A program made the position numbers and the translations under genes. This document shows, in pieces, positions 34,323 to 43,402 of a DNA stretch of 64,000 nucleotides. The notes under the pieces are model-generated. The model was given only the letters and a program-made list of their open reading frames with translations. It ran no database searches and was not told the origin of the DNA. The stretch comes from Pontiella sp. (GTDB lineage Bacteria > Verrucomicrobiota > Kiritimatiellia > Kiritimatiellales > Pontiellaceae). Where the stretch lies: positions 642,713 to 706,712 of the forward strand of contig JBNKHE010000001.1 of the NCBI GenBank assembly GCA_050290185.1. The letters are read 5' to 3'. Position 1 is the stretch's first letter. Every line of letters starts with the position of its first letter.

Positions 34323-34849
34323 CAGTCCACCTCCGATGCTGACTCCGGCTCATGCAGTTCCGACGCGGGAGTAAGCAACGTTTCGATGAGATTCTCGAGG
34401 GTGTAGATCACCATGAAAACACCGGAAATCGGAAGCGCCATATAGACATAGCCCATCAGCCATGGCAGCGCCGAAGTCCTTTGCTCCATGGCAAGCGCAT
34501 CCGCTACCACCCGCCAGCCCCCGTAAACAAAGATCGACCCGGCAAAAAAGAGCACCACCAGATGGGCGAACACCGCCATGAGCTTGCGGGCGTCGGGATC
34601 AAACTTGCCGACAAAATAATCGACGCCCAAATGGCCTTTAGTGCCAAACGCCACCGCGCCGCCGAGCAGCGATACCCAGATCAGGAGAAAGCGCGCCAGC
34701 TCTTCGGTCCATTTCGCCTGCTCGCCCATGACGTAGCGCGTGAAGACCCCCCAGACCACATCAATGACCAGTGCGAATACCGCAATGATCAACCCCCAAT
34801 TGAGAACGGTGGTCATTCCCTTCCTGAATTTAACCAGAGCGGTCAGCAT
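34322..34849 (-). CDS. dctQ: TRAP transporter small permease
   Basis: WTEELARFLLIW, GHLGVD; four TM segments. Confidence 0.93.
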   Translation of the reverse strand: MLTALVKFRKGMTTVLNWGLIIAVFALVIDVVWGVFTRYVMGEQAKWTEELARFLLIWVSLLGGAVAFGTKGHLGVDYFVGKFDPDARKLMAVFAHLVVLFFAGSIFVYGGWRVVADALAMEQRTSALPWLMGYVYMALPISGVFMVIYTLENLIETLLTPASELHEPESASEVD

Positions 34850-35868
34850 TACTTCACCTCGGAAATCTGTTTGAGCAGTTCGCGGACTTCAGGATTCTCG
34901 ACATTCCGAAGCATGGGTTGAACCTTGGCCGCGAATGCCGCGGTATCGACCTTGTACACCGTAACGCCTTCCGCCTTGGCCTGTTCGAGTGCTTCAACGG
35001 TTTTTTCCTGCCATAGCTTGCGTTCATATTCCGATGATTCATCGGCCGCCTGCTGAACCCACGCCTTAACCTGAGGATCAAGCTTGTCCCATACCTTCGT
35101 ACTCATGATCAACATGTCCGGAATGCGGGTATGTCCATCGAGGGTGAAATGTTTGCAGACCTCGTAGTGCTTATTGGAAGTGAAGCTGGGCGGATTGTTT
35201 TCGGCACCATCAACCGCCCCCTGTGCCAGCGCGGAATAAAGCTCGCCCCACGCAATCGGCGTCGGGGCCCCGCCCATCGCCTTGACCATGTCGATGGCAG
35301 TTTTACTGTTCATGACGCGAATCTTGAGGCCCTTCAGATCATCCGGTGTGCGGATCGGTGTATCCTTGGTGTAGAAGTTCCGGCTTCCGGCATCGTAGTA
35401 GCAAAGCCCGTACAAAAACTTGGATTGCCCTTTTTCGAGCAACTGTTTTCCGATCGGGCCGTTGATGACCTTCCAGTAGTGGTCGTTATCACGAAAGATG
35501 TAGGGCAGTCCAAAAACAGCCATGGATGGAATAAAGTTTTCCATGGCAGCGGCCGAGGTCTTGGTCATTGCCAGCGTTCCGTTCTGCAACATTTCAATGC
35601 ATTGGGTTTCAGAACCCAGGACCGAACTCGGATAGATATTAATGGTCACGGTTCCCCCGGAAAGTTCCTCCAGCCGGGTTTTCATAAACTCCATGGCCTT
35701 GTGCACCGGATGCCCGGTGTCGAGACTGTGCGCCAGCTTGAGAACCAGTTGGTTTCCGCCTCCTTTACCACTATTGATCTGGGCCCGTTGGCTGAGCGAA
35801 AAACCGGCTGCGGCAAGAAAGGCACCTACGAGAACCCCCCCCACAAAAAACGACGCTGATTTAGTCAT
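34849..35868 (-). CDS. dctP: TRAP transporter substrate-binding protein
   Basis: LKGLKIRV, ELYSALAQGAVDGAENN. Confidence 0.95.
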   Translation of the reverse strand: MTKSASFFVGGVLVGAFLAAAGFSLSQRAQINSGKGGGNQLVLKLAHSLDTGHPVHKAMEFMKTRLEELSGGTVTINIYPSSVLGSETQCIEMLQNGTLAMTKTSAAAMENFIPSMAVFGLPYIFRDNDHYWKVINGPIGKQLLEKGQSKFLYGLCYYDAGSRNFYTKDTPIRTPDDLKGLKIRVMNSKTAIDMVKAMGGAPTPIAWGELYSALAQGAVDGAENNPPSFTSNKHYEVCKHFTLDGHTRIPDMLIMSTKVWDKLDPQVKAWVQQAADESSEYERKLWQEKTVEALEQAKAEGVTVYKVDTAAFAAKVQPMLRNVENPEVRELLKQISEVK

Positions 35869-35893
35869 AAGCTTCCCTTTCCCCTACATATGT

Positions 35894-37219
35894 TTACGGT
35901 TGCTCCAGCACAAGTCCCACGATGTCGCAATCGTATTTCTTGTATGTCTCATAATCCCCTCGCAACCAGACCAGCACCTGGTACCCATCGCCCGCCACGA
36001 TAATCGGACGAAGGTTGCGCTTATCCGAACCCGCTGTAATCGGCTTCCATCGAATCGAATGGATATTGTCATCGGCATCGACCTTCGCCACATAGATTTC
36101 GTGCTGCCCCCCCAGATCCTTTCCGGTTCCGGGATCAACATCGGTTGAAATGGCCACTTTGGTCGGATCGACAGGATCCAGCGCAATCAGACCGGTATAA
36201 CTGCTTTCCGCCGTATAGAGGCATTTCCCGCCATAGGCCACTTCGCGGTCGATCCAGCGCTTGCCATTCCATGATGCCATGCGGTAGCGGTGGTCATCGT
36301 TGCTCAGATACAGCGTATAGCCGAGGTGCGGATTCCCTGCCGCATCAGCGGCCATGGCACAGCACCAGGCACTATCGGGAACGCTTTCAAATCCCTCGGG
36401 CTTTTTCTTCGTTTCGCTCCCGCGATAGATGCACTCGGCTTCGGACGGCTTGAGCGGTCCATCTGCCAGATCCTTGATTTTTTTCCCGTTGGCTTGATAA
36501 AATGAGCCGCCCCGGAACTCGGCATAATACAGGTTGTTGCCATACTGCCGGGGGTGCGCATCCGTGAAGGAAACCCCAACGGTATTGGCATCGCGCTGCA
36601 GGTACCGGGCATAGGGACGCTGCCAACCCAGCTCATCGGTAATAAAGTGCGTGCGGTTGCCCCAGGTTTTGCCCTGGTCCGCAGAGGTTATGAACGACGG
36701 ATTGATGTTCATGCCATCCCGGAAAAAGTTATAGAGCACCCCCTCGTCTTCCATGTAGAAGAGGTTCATGTAGGTGACGCCCCAGCCCCCTTCATATTCA
36801 TGAACGAACTCCTGTTCCGCACTCCATTTGAGATAGTTGTCGGGATCGGAAATCCGATAGCGATGGATATGGTCGTTGGCATGCCTGGTATAGACCGCAA
36901 GGATGCTTCCATCGGGACGGGCATAAAGTGCCGGCGCATCGTGGTCGTCGGCCTCAAAGGCTCCGTGCAACACAACCGTGCCGAGGTTTTTTCCGTTTTC
37001 GAGATCATAGATGCCGACTTTGACATCACCGTTTTGGCCGTCGATTCCGCCCACAATCAGCTTTCCGTTTGCGATGATGGCACGCGGATCCTGGTACCAG
37101 CACCAGCCGGCATCCTTCATAAAGGTGATGGATTCTGTATCGAGATCTGCCGGGCTGGCCGCCAGGCAACCTGACAGTAACCCAAGCATAGCCACCAATA
37201 TTGATGTAACACACTTCAT
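35894..37219 (-). CDS. BNR_4-like beta-propeller lipoprotein, candidate polysaccharide lyase
   Basis: Lipobox LSGC; GWCWYQDPRA; DDHDAPAL...YTRH; Asp-box SADQGKTW. Confidence 0.75.
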   Translation of the reverse strand: MKCVTSILVAMLGLLSGCLAASPADLDTESITFMKDAGWCWYQDPRAIIANGKLIVGGIDGQNGDVKVGIYDLENGKNLGTVVLHGAFEADDHDAPALYARPDGSILAVYTRHANDHIHRYRISDPDNYLKWSAEQEFVHEYEGGWGVTYMNLFYMEDEGVLYNFFRDGMNINPSFITSADQGKTWGNRTHFITDELGWQRPYARYLQRDANTVGVSFTDAHPRQYGNNLYYAEFRGGSFYQANGKKIKDLADGPLKPSEAECIYRGSETKKKPEGFESVPDSAWCCAMAADAAGNPHLGYTLYLSNDDHRYRMASWNGKRWIDREVAYGGKCLYTAESSYTGLIALDPVDPTKVAISTDVDPGTGKDLGGQHEIYVAKVDADDNIHSIRWKPITAGSDKRNLRPIIVAGDGYQVLVWLRGDYETYKKYDCDIVGLVLEQP

Positions 37220-37328
37220 CAACACATCTCCCGCAAACATACTCAAACGATAAAGGAAAGAACAATGCACAATACACATGCCCAAACCCAAATCAATATT
37301 TTATCGAGTCTACCACAGAGGAGAAAAG

Positions 37329-37369
37329 GTGCAAAAAAACGGCGCCGGAAATTCCGGCGCCGTTTGCAC
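37329..37369 (-). terminator. Terminator after kduD
   Basis: AAACGGCGCCGGAA/TTCCGGCGCCGTTT stem with T7 on the minus strand. Confidence 0.8.
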
Positions 37370-37386
37370 TGACCGATCGAAGTGAT

Positions 37387-38184
37387 TTACACGTCGTTTT
37401 CGCCTTTTACGTAGCCAAAGTTGGCCAGAATACCGCCGTCCACATAGAGGATGTGGCCGTTGACGAAATCTGCCGCCTTGGAAGACAGAAAGAGTGCGGC
37501 ATTGCCGATATCTTCCGGCTCGCCCCAGCGGGCGGCAGGCGTACGCATCATCACCAAATCGTTGAACGGATGGCCGCCTTCGCGGATCGGAGCCGTCTGC
37601 GCCGTAGCGATGTAGCCCGGCCCGATGCCGTTGACCTGGATGTTGTGCTTGGCCCATTCGCAGCACATGTTGGCAGTCAGCAGCTTCAGCCCGCCTTTGG
37701 CAGAGGCGTAGGCGGAAACCGAGTTGCGGCCATACACGCTCATCATGGAGCACATGTTGATAATCTTGCCGCCGCCCTTCTTGATCATGTTTGGCGCAAC
37801 GCGCTTGCCGACGATGAACGGAGCGATGAGGTCGACGTCGATGACCATCTTGTAATCTTCAACCGGCATGTCGAGAATCGGCACGCGCTTGATGATGCCG
37901 GCATTGTTGACGAGGATATCGATCGTGCCGACATCCTGCTCAATCTTCGAAATGCCCGCATCCACTTCTGCTTCGTCGGTTACGTTAAATTTAACCGTGT
38001 AGGCATCGATGCCGTTAGCCGCGTATTCGACCTTGGCGGATTCCAGCTTGGAATCGTCGATGTCGTTTACGCAGATTTTTGCGCCGGCCTTGCCCAGTAC
38101 CGTTCCAACGGCCATGCCGATGCCGTGCGTTCCGCCGGTAACCAATACCACCTTGTCCTTAATATCAAACAGTTCCTGAATCAT
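37387..38184 (-). CDS. kduD: SDR, 2-deoxy-D-gluconate 3-dehydrogenase / gluconate 5-dehydrogenase type
   Basis: TGGTHGIG, NNAG, YASAKGG, NGIGPGY; adjacent to kduI. Confidence 0.85.
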   Translation of the reverse strand: MIQELFDIKDKVVLVTGGTHGIGMAVGTVLGKAGAKICVNDIDDSKLESAKVEYAANGIDAYTVKFNVTDEAEVDAGISKIEQDVGTIDILVNNAGIIKRVPILDMPVEDYKMVIDVDLIAPFIVGKRVAPNMIKKGGGKIINMCSMMSVYGRNSVSAYASAKGGLKLLTANMCCEWAKHNIQVNGIGPGYIATAQTAPIREGGHPFNDLVMMRTPAARWGEPEDIGNAALFLSSKAADFVNGHILYVDGGILANFGYVKGENDV

Positions 38185-38295
38185 GATTTTCTCCTTATTT
38201 TCCAGACATGGGAGGCAAGGCGCCAGGCACAAGTGAAATGCTTGATGCGGATACCCTGTCCTCCCCCCGGTTGCCTTATGCTTATTTACTAATGC

Positions 38296-39123
38296 CTATT
38301 TGAGATCAGCGACCTGGATATGATCCATATCGTCGAACCGCTGGTTTTCGCCGCCCATCGCCCAACAGAAGGTATAGGCGCGCGTTCCGCAACCCGAGTG
38401 GATCGACCACATCGGCGAAATAACCGCCTGTTCGTTGGCCACGGCAATGTGGCGGGTTTCTTCGCCCGGCCCCATGAAGTGGAATACCTTGGAGGTTTCT
38501 TCCAAGCCAAAATACATATAGACCTCGGTACGGCGCTCGTGGGTATGGCACGGCATGGTGTTCCAGACACTGCCCGGCTCCAACGCCGTGAAGCCCATCA
38601 CGAGCTGGCAGCTCTTGATGCCGTTTTCATGAATGTACTGGTAGATCGTGCGCTTGTTGGAATCTTCCAGCGAACCCAGGTTGATGGCATTGGCATCGGC
38701 CTTCTTGGCCTGCGTGGTCGGGTATTCGGTATGCGCCGGATAGCTGACCATGTGGAAACGGGCCGGATTGGCAGCATCCACGCTGGAGAAGGAAATTTCC
38801 TTGCTTCCGCGACCGATGTAGAGACCGTCAAGGTTGTCCATGCTGTATTCAGTGCCGTCGACCGTAACCGTTCCAGTTGCCCCAATGTTCAGCACGCCGA
38901 TTTCGCGGCGCTGGCAGAAATAATCCGCCGCCAGCTCCTTGCCGGCTTCAAGCTTCAGCGTACTACTGGTTGGAACGGCCGCCCCGACAATCGAGCGCTC
39001 CACTTCGGTATAGAGCAGATTGAGCTTTCCTTCTTCGAACAGGCTGACCAGAAATGCGTCGCGCAGTTCCTGCGTGCTCATGCCTTTGTATTCGTTTTTT
39101 CCTACCGTGTATCTTACGTCCAT
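38296..39123 (-). CDS. kduI: 5-dehydro-4-deoxy-D-glucuronate isomerase
   Basis: RREIGVLNIG, SCQLVMG, WNTMPCHTHERRTE, WSIHSG, WAMGGENQ. Confidence 0.97.
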   Translation of the reverse strand: MDVRYTVGKNEYKGMSTQELRDAFLVSLFEEGKLNLLYTEVERSIVGAAVPTSSTLKLEAGKELAADYFCQRREIGVLNIGATGTVTVDGTEYSMDNLDGLYIGRGSKEISFSSVDAANPARFHMVSYPAHTEYPTTQAKKADANAINLGSLEDSNKRTIYQYIHENGIKSCQLVMGFTALEPGSVWNTMPCHTHERRTEVYMYFGLEETSKVFHFMGPGEETRHIAVANEQAVISPMWSIHSGCGTRAYTFCWAMGGENQRFDDMDHIQVADLK

Positions 39124-39147
39124 TTTTTCTCCTTTGTATTCAAATCA

Positions 39148-40032
39148 CTACAGCTGCCTTGCAAACGTGTTCAGGTATTCCATCCAGTCCTTGTCGGTCT
39201 TGATTTCGCCGGCGCGCTCCCAGCCATAGCCCGACCACCAAGTGACCTGCCCCCTTTTGTCGGCCCTGGAAATAAAGAGCACATGGCTTGAATCCGGCTC
39301 ATCCGCTTCGTTCCGCTTGAATTTTTCAATGGAGCGGGGATCCATCACGACCCCGGTTCCAAGACCCGAGCCATCAATCGTTTCCCAGCATGCGAGCCAT
39401 CCTTTACGCATTTGGTGGTCGACCTCGGCCTTGCCATCGTGAGTACTCAAACCGATGGCAACCGGCAGGTTTTTCGCCAGCTCGCCATCCTTCCAGAACG
39501 TTGCTTCCGTCTTGAAGAGCCTGTCGCCCAATTTAATGGTCATGCGTTTGGTGAGCTTGTACTCGTTGCCGCCGTGCTCCCAGGCATAGTTCAGTTCGAA
39601 GATGGATTCCGCCGGCTCGCACTGTATCACCTTGTAGTCGGTGAAGGTTTCGGTCGTAACCAGCTCGCCGTCGATCCACAGGCCGATCCCCCCGCAACCA
39701 AGCGTACTGCCGACATGGTAGGGATCGTACCCTTCCCCATGGTCGGTATGGTAGGGCTTGCCGTCCTTGTCCTGCTTGTACCATTTGTCAATGATCGGAT
39801 AGTCCACGCGCTTAAGCCAGCAGTCGACTCCGCCGTTTTCATTCCCTTTACGCAGGGCCGGCCCGTAGGCGCGAAAGGCAACCTTGTCGTTTTCCCAGGC
39901 AAAGTCGTCCGAACGCTCGGGAACAAAACGACAGAAGGTGCGGGGCGATGTCTCTTCTGCACAGGCACTCGCCAGGGCCATCAGCCCGAAAGCCGCCACG
40001 GCGGCCATACAGTTTGCAGGTTTCTTTTTCAT
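39148..40032 (-). CDS. DUF4861-like exported protein
   Basis: RFVPERSDDFAWENDKVAFRAYGP, GVDCWLK, YHTDHGEGYD; signal peptide. Confidence 0.8.
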   Translation of the reverse strand: MKKKPANCMAAVAAFGLMALASACAEETSPRTFCRFVPERSDDFAWENDKVAFRAYGPALRKGNENGGVDCWLKRVDYPIIDKWYKQDKDGKPYHTDHGEGYDPYHVGSTLGCGGIGLWIDGELVTTETFTDYKVIQCEPAESIFELNYAWEHGGNEYKLTKRMTIKLGDRLFKTEATFWKDGELAKNLPVAIGLSTHDGKAEVDHQMRKGWLACWETIDGSGLGTGVVMDPRSIEKFKRNEADEPDSSHVLFISRADKRGQVTWWSGYGWERAGEIKTDKDWMEYLNTFARQL

Positions 40033-40094
40033 AGTCCCCCAATCTAATCCTCTCCACCGCCGGAGCAATTTGGATGTTCATTTATTTTTACTTT

Positions 40095-40110
40095 TGTTCA
40101 AATATGAACA
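40095..40110. promoter_or_regulatory. Putative IclR operator
   Basis: TGTTCA-AATA-TGAACA palindrome in the divergent promoter, with extra half-sites at 40075-40080 and 40122-40127. Confidence 0.6.
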
Positions 40111-40120
40111 TCATATCCAT

Positions 40121-40882
40121 ATGAACAAATACCACATCCCCAATCTCGACAAGGCCTGCCAGGTGATCGAGCTCGTGGCCAGCACTCAGGGCGGATGCCC
40201 GCTGAAAGAGCTTTCCGCCCAACTTGATATTCCGCGCACAACCGCCCTGCGTATCGTGCAAACCTTGCAGGAACGAAATTTCCTGGCGCAAACCGGGGAT
40301 AAGTATTTTACGCCGGGAACGGCCTTGGTCCACCTGGGCGTGATGGCACTCGACAGCCTTGATATCCGCGGCTTTGCCCGTCCGGTTCTAAAGAAGCTAT
40401 CCCAAGAAACGGGGGAATCTTCCCATATCGCGATGTTGAATGGCGACAAATCGCTGCTTGTCGAGGTGTGCGACAGCCCCCACCCCATCCGGATCGCCTC
40501 CCGCCCCGGCACACTGGTGGACCTGCACTGTTCATCAACGGGAAAGGTATTCCTCGCCTTCAACATTCCCGAACCCTCGAAATTCTGCAGGACGCTGAAC
40601 CTGGTCGAACACACGGAAAACACCAGCACGACCATTGAAGAGGTTTTGGCCGACATTGAGCAAACCCGGAAACAAGGCTATGGCATCGATGAAGAGGAAT
40701 ATCTACCTGGCGCCCGCTGCATTGCCGCCCCCATCATGAACGCCTTCGGAAAAACCATTGCTGCCATCGGCATCACAGCTTCCACCAGCACTTTTACTAA
40801 AACCAAAATACCCACGATGAGCGCCCGTCTCAAAAAAGCCGCTGCAGAGATCTCCACCAGCATGGGCTTCAGCCACCAATAA
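40121..40882 (+). CDS. IclR/KdgR-family transcriptional regulator
   Basis: HTH LKELSAQLDIPRTTALRIV; LHCSSTGKVFLA; GYGIDEEE...RCIAAPI. Confidence 0.93.
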   Translation: MNKYHIPNLDKACQVIELVASTQGGCPLKELSAQLDIPRTTALRIVQTLQERNFLAQTGDKYFTPGTALVHLGVMALDSLDIRGFARPVLKKLSQETGESSHIAMLNGDKSLLVEVCDSPHPIRIASRPGTLVDLHCSSTGKVFLAFNIPEPSKFCRTLNLVEHTENTSTTIEEVLADIEQTRKQGYGIDEEEYLPGARCIAAPIMNAFGKTIAAIGITASTSTFTKTKIPTMSARLKKAAAEISTSMGFSHQ

Positions 40883-40952
40883 ACATCACCCCACAGCAAA
40901 CAAAAAGGCCGCTCCAACGAGCGGCCGGCATCTGTCGAAATGCAGAAGCTCT

Positions 40953-41411
40953 CTATTTGGAATCCCCGATCAGCTTTTTGATGTGCTCGACATACGCTTC
41001 CGCCCCGCCGGCCTGATAACCGGTTTTGGCGATAATATTTCCTTCAGGACTGATAATGAACATCGTTGGGAAACCGCGCACATTGAAACAGCGCGCCAGT
41101 TTTTCCTTTTGCTGAGAGGTTTCATCATTGGCGTTCAGTTCCTGAGAAAAATCCACAACCAGTACTATCAGGTTCTTTTCCACGTAATCCTGAAAAACCG
41201 AACTGGACGATACTTCCCTGTTGAATTTGATGCACCAGTCACACCAATCCGATCCGGTAAACTCCAAGAACAGGTATTTATCTTCCGCTTTCGACATTGC
41301 CAACGCGGCGCTGTAATCCGCATTATTAATTTTGCATACATCGCGATCTCGAAATAACACCGCAACCGCAACCAACCCCATCAATAACCCAACCAGCAGG
41401 ATCCGATTCAT
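40953..41411 (-). CDS. Exported thioredoxin-fold protein, DsbH-like
   Basis: N-terminal hydrophobic anchor; FTGSDWCDWC; GFPT. Confidence 0.88.
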   Translation of the reverse strand: MNRILLVGLLMGLVAVAVLFRDRDVCKINNADYSAALAMSKAEDKYLFLEFTGSDWCDWCIKFNREVSSSSVFQDYVEKNLIVLVVDFSQELNANDETSQQKEKLARCFNVRGFPTMFIISPEGNIIAKTGYQAGGAEAYVEHIKKLIGDSK

Positions 41412-41864
41412 CTAGCCCGCTTTCTTAGATGCTTCAGTCTCATTTTTCTTCACCTGATCGATAATCTCCTGCAACTCCTTTTGCTTATGCAATCCAGATA
41501 CACCCTTCTTGAGCTCTCCATCCTTGAATACCAACAGCGTCGGAAACTGATATACACCTAAAGCCCTGACCAAATTTTCGTTTTCATCAACATTAACCTT
41601 GGCCACTACTACATTCTTGCCAACGGTCTTGGCAAATTCCTCCAGAATAGGTCCCTGGACCTGGCAAGGCGGGCACCACGTCGCCCAGAAGTCCACCAGC
41701 ACGATCTCATGGGCCTTGATGGTCTGATAGAAATTGTCCTGCGTAAGAACAAGTACTGCAGACTTCTCCTCAGATACATCAGGCTTAGTTTGCTCTGTTT
41801 CAGCGGCAAAGGCCGTGTGCAGGGAAACACCTGCCACAACCAAAAACGATAACATTTTACTCAT
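41412..41864 (-). CDS. Exported thioredoxin
   Basis: Signal peptide AFA; DFWATWCPPC; FPTL. Confidence 0.9.
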   Translation of the reverse strand: MSKMLSFLVVAGVSLHTAFAAETEQTKPDVSEEKSAVLVLTQDNFYQTIKAHEIVLVDFWATWCPPCQVQGPILEEFAKTVGKNVVVAKVNVDENENLVRALGVYQFPTLLVFKDGELKKGVSGLHKQKELQEIIDQVKKNETEASKKAG

Positions 41865-42065
41865 ACATCTCCTATACAGGGTTAATTTAATTTGACTGAT
41901 TTAACAATGTTATTGTTTATGACACCTATTGGGGTGATCCGTTCACTACCGGATATTGAAGAAGTGCATGCAGAGCGCCTCAATGAGAGTCTTTCCCGTT
42001 CACTATCCTTGTATTCTCCCATCTATTTATGCCTTTATTCAAAATCACAAAAAAAGAGGTGACTT

Positions 42066-43391
42066 ATGCGCAAAGCATCACACTTGATTAAACACGCCGC
42101 CGGACTGAAACTACTTCCCGCTCTGACTGTACTGGGTATGACCCTATTCAGCGCCCAAACTGCCGAGGCCGTAGAACTACGCACCCCTACCCTGTGGGAC
42201 CTGTTTAAGCCCAGCCAGCCCCAGGTCAGTCCCAACACCCTAGAGGAGCTGATCGATCATATCCGGCACGGAAATGAATCCGCTACTTCGCTTAAGGAAC
42301 GATTCGGCGACCGCATTGCCGAATCCGCTAAAGCACTACGATACCTCGCGGACCGGTTCGCCAGCGAAGGAACCCCGAAACAGGCAAAGGAGATGTATGA
42401 AGCATCCATCGCGCTTAAACCCAACACAGAAAACCTGACGGCGATGGCGCGGTTCCTCCTTTCACAGGGCGATGAAGAGGGCTGGCTCAAAACCATGGAG
42501 CGGCGCCTCGACCTACCGTTCGACCTGTGGAACGACACAATCACCAACTTCGAGATCGCCTACCACTTTATCGATCAGGGCGAATGGGAAAAGGCCCTGC
42601 CCTATGCCGAAGCCGCCGCCATGCGTGGAGACAACGCGGCCTACAACCTGGCCGCATGGCTCAACGGCGCATTGGGTAATACCCAGCAAGGGCTTGCCCT
42701 ATCGGAACAGAATGCATTGCACAACTTAAGTGATTGCATCGCTACCTACGTCCTAGCCTTCGGTGCCACCCCTTCCGACTGGACCAATCAACTGCTCGAC
42801 TACTACTATGAAGCGCATTCACATGGTACCCCCATTGAGCGAGCACGATGTGTGAGCATTGCCTTGCTCCAGGAAAAATATGATGAAGCCGTGTCACTGA
42901 TGGAATGGTCACTGCAACAATCCAATGATCCCTGGTACGGTTTGCACGCCGCATTCATCTGCGAGGAGCAGGGCTGGATAGAGCGTAGGGACCAAATTCT
43001 TCAGGAGGCCGTAAAGCGCTGGCCGCGTTTCCCCAATCCCAACCGGAACCGAAAAAACACAAAAGCCTGCATCGATCTCTACATCCAAGCCAACCAGACA
43101 CAGGAACTGTCTGATGAACTTAAGGCGAAACTACAACATCTCTTCGATTCCTGCGGCCGGGGAAAATCGGCCTTTAACGGAGCGTACGCTGGAGAACTGT
43201 GCCGCCTGAGAGGCGAGCCGGAGATGGCTAAAGAGATGTACTGTGAAATCATCTCTGTAAAGCGCCTCAACAACGTCAGCGATTATGTTGCCTTCCGCGG
43301 GCTTCGGCTGCTCGGCGAAGATCCCGTCAAGATTTTGCAGACACAAAGAAACGTAATCCAACTGCACACGGAAATGCAGCCATCAGAATAG
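42066..43391 (+). CDS. Exported TPR-like protein A1
   Basis: Signal peptide AEA; helical repeats (GEWEKALPYAEAAA); paralog of 46017-47357. Confidence 0.8.
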   Translation: MRKASHLIKHAAGLKLLPALTVLGMTLFSAQTAEAVELRTPTLWDLFKPSQPQVSPNTLEELIDHIRHGNESATSLKERFGDRIAESAKALRYLADRFASEGTPKQAKEMYEASIALKPNTENLTAMARFLLSQGDEEGWLKTMERRLDLPFDLWNDTITNFEIAYHFIDQGEWEKALPYAEAAAMRGDNAAYNLAAWLNGALGNTQQGLALSEQNALHNLSDCIATYVLAFGATPSDWTNQLLDYYYEAHSHGTPIERARCVSIALLQEKYDEAVSLMEWSLQQSNDPWYGLHAAFICEEQGWIERRDQILQEAVKRWPRFPNPNRNRKNTKACIDLYIQANQTQELSDELKAKLQHLFDSCGRGKSAFNGAYAGELCRLRGEPEMAKEMYCEIISVKRLNNVSDYVAFRGLRLLGEDPVKILQTQRNVIQLHTEMQPSE

Positions 43392-43402
43392 GGAGGCCCA
43401 TC

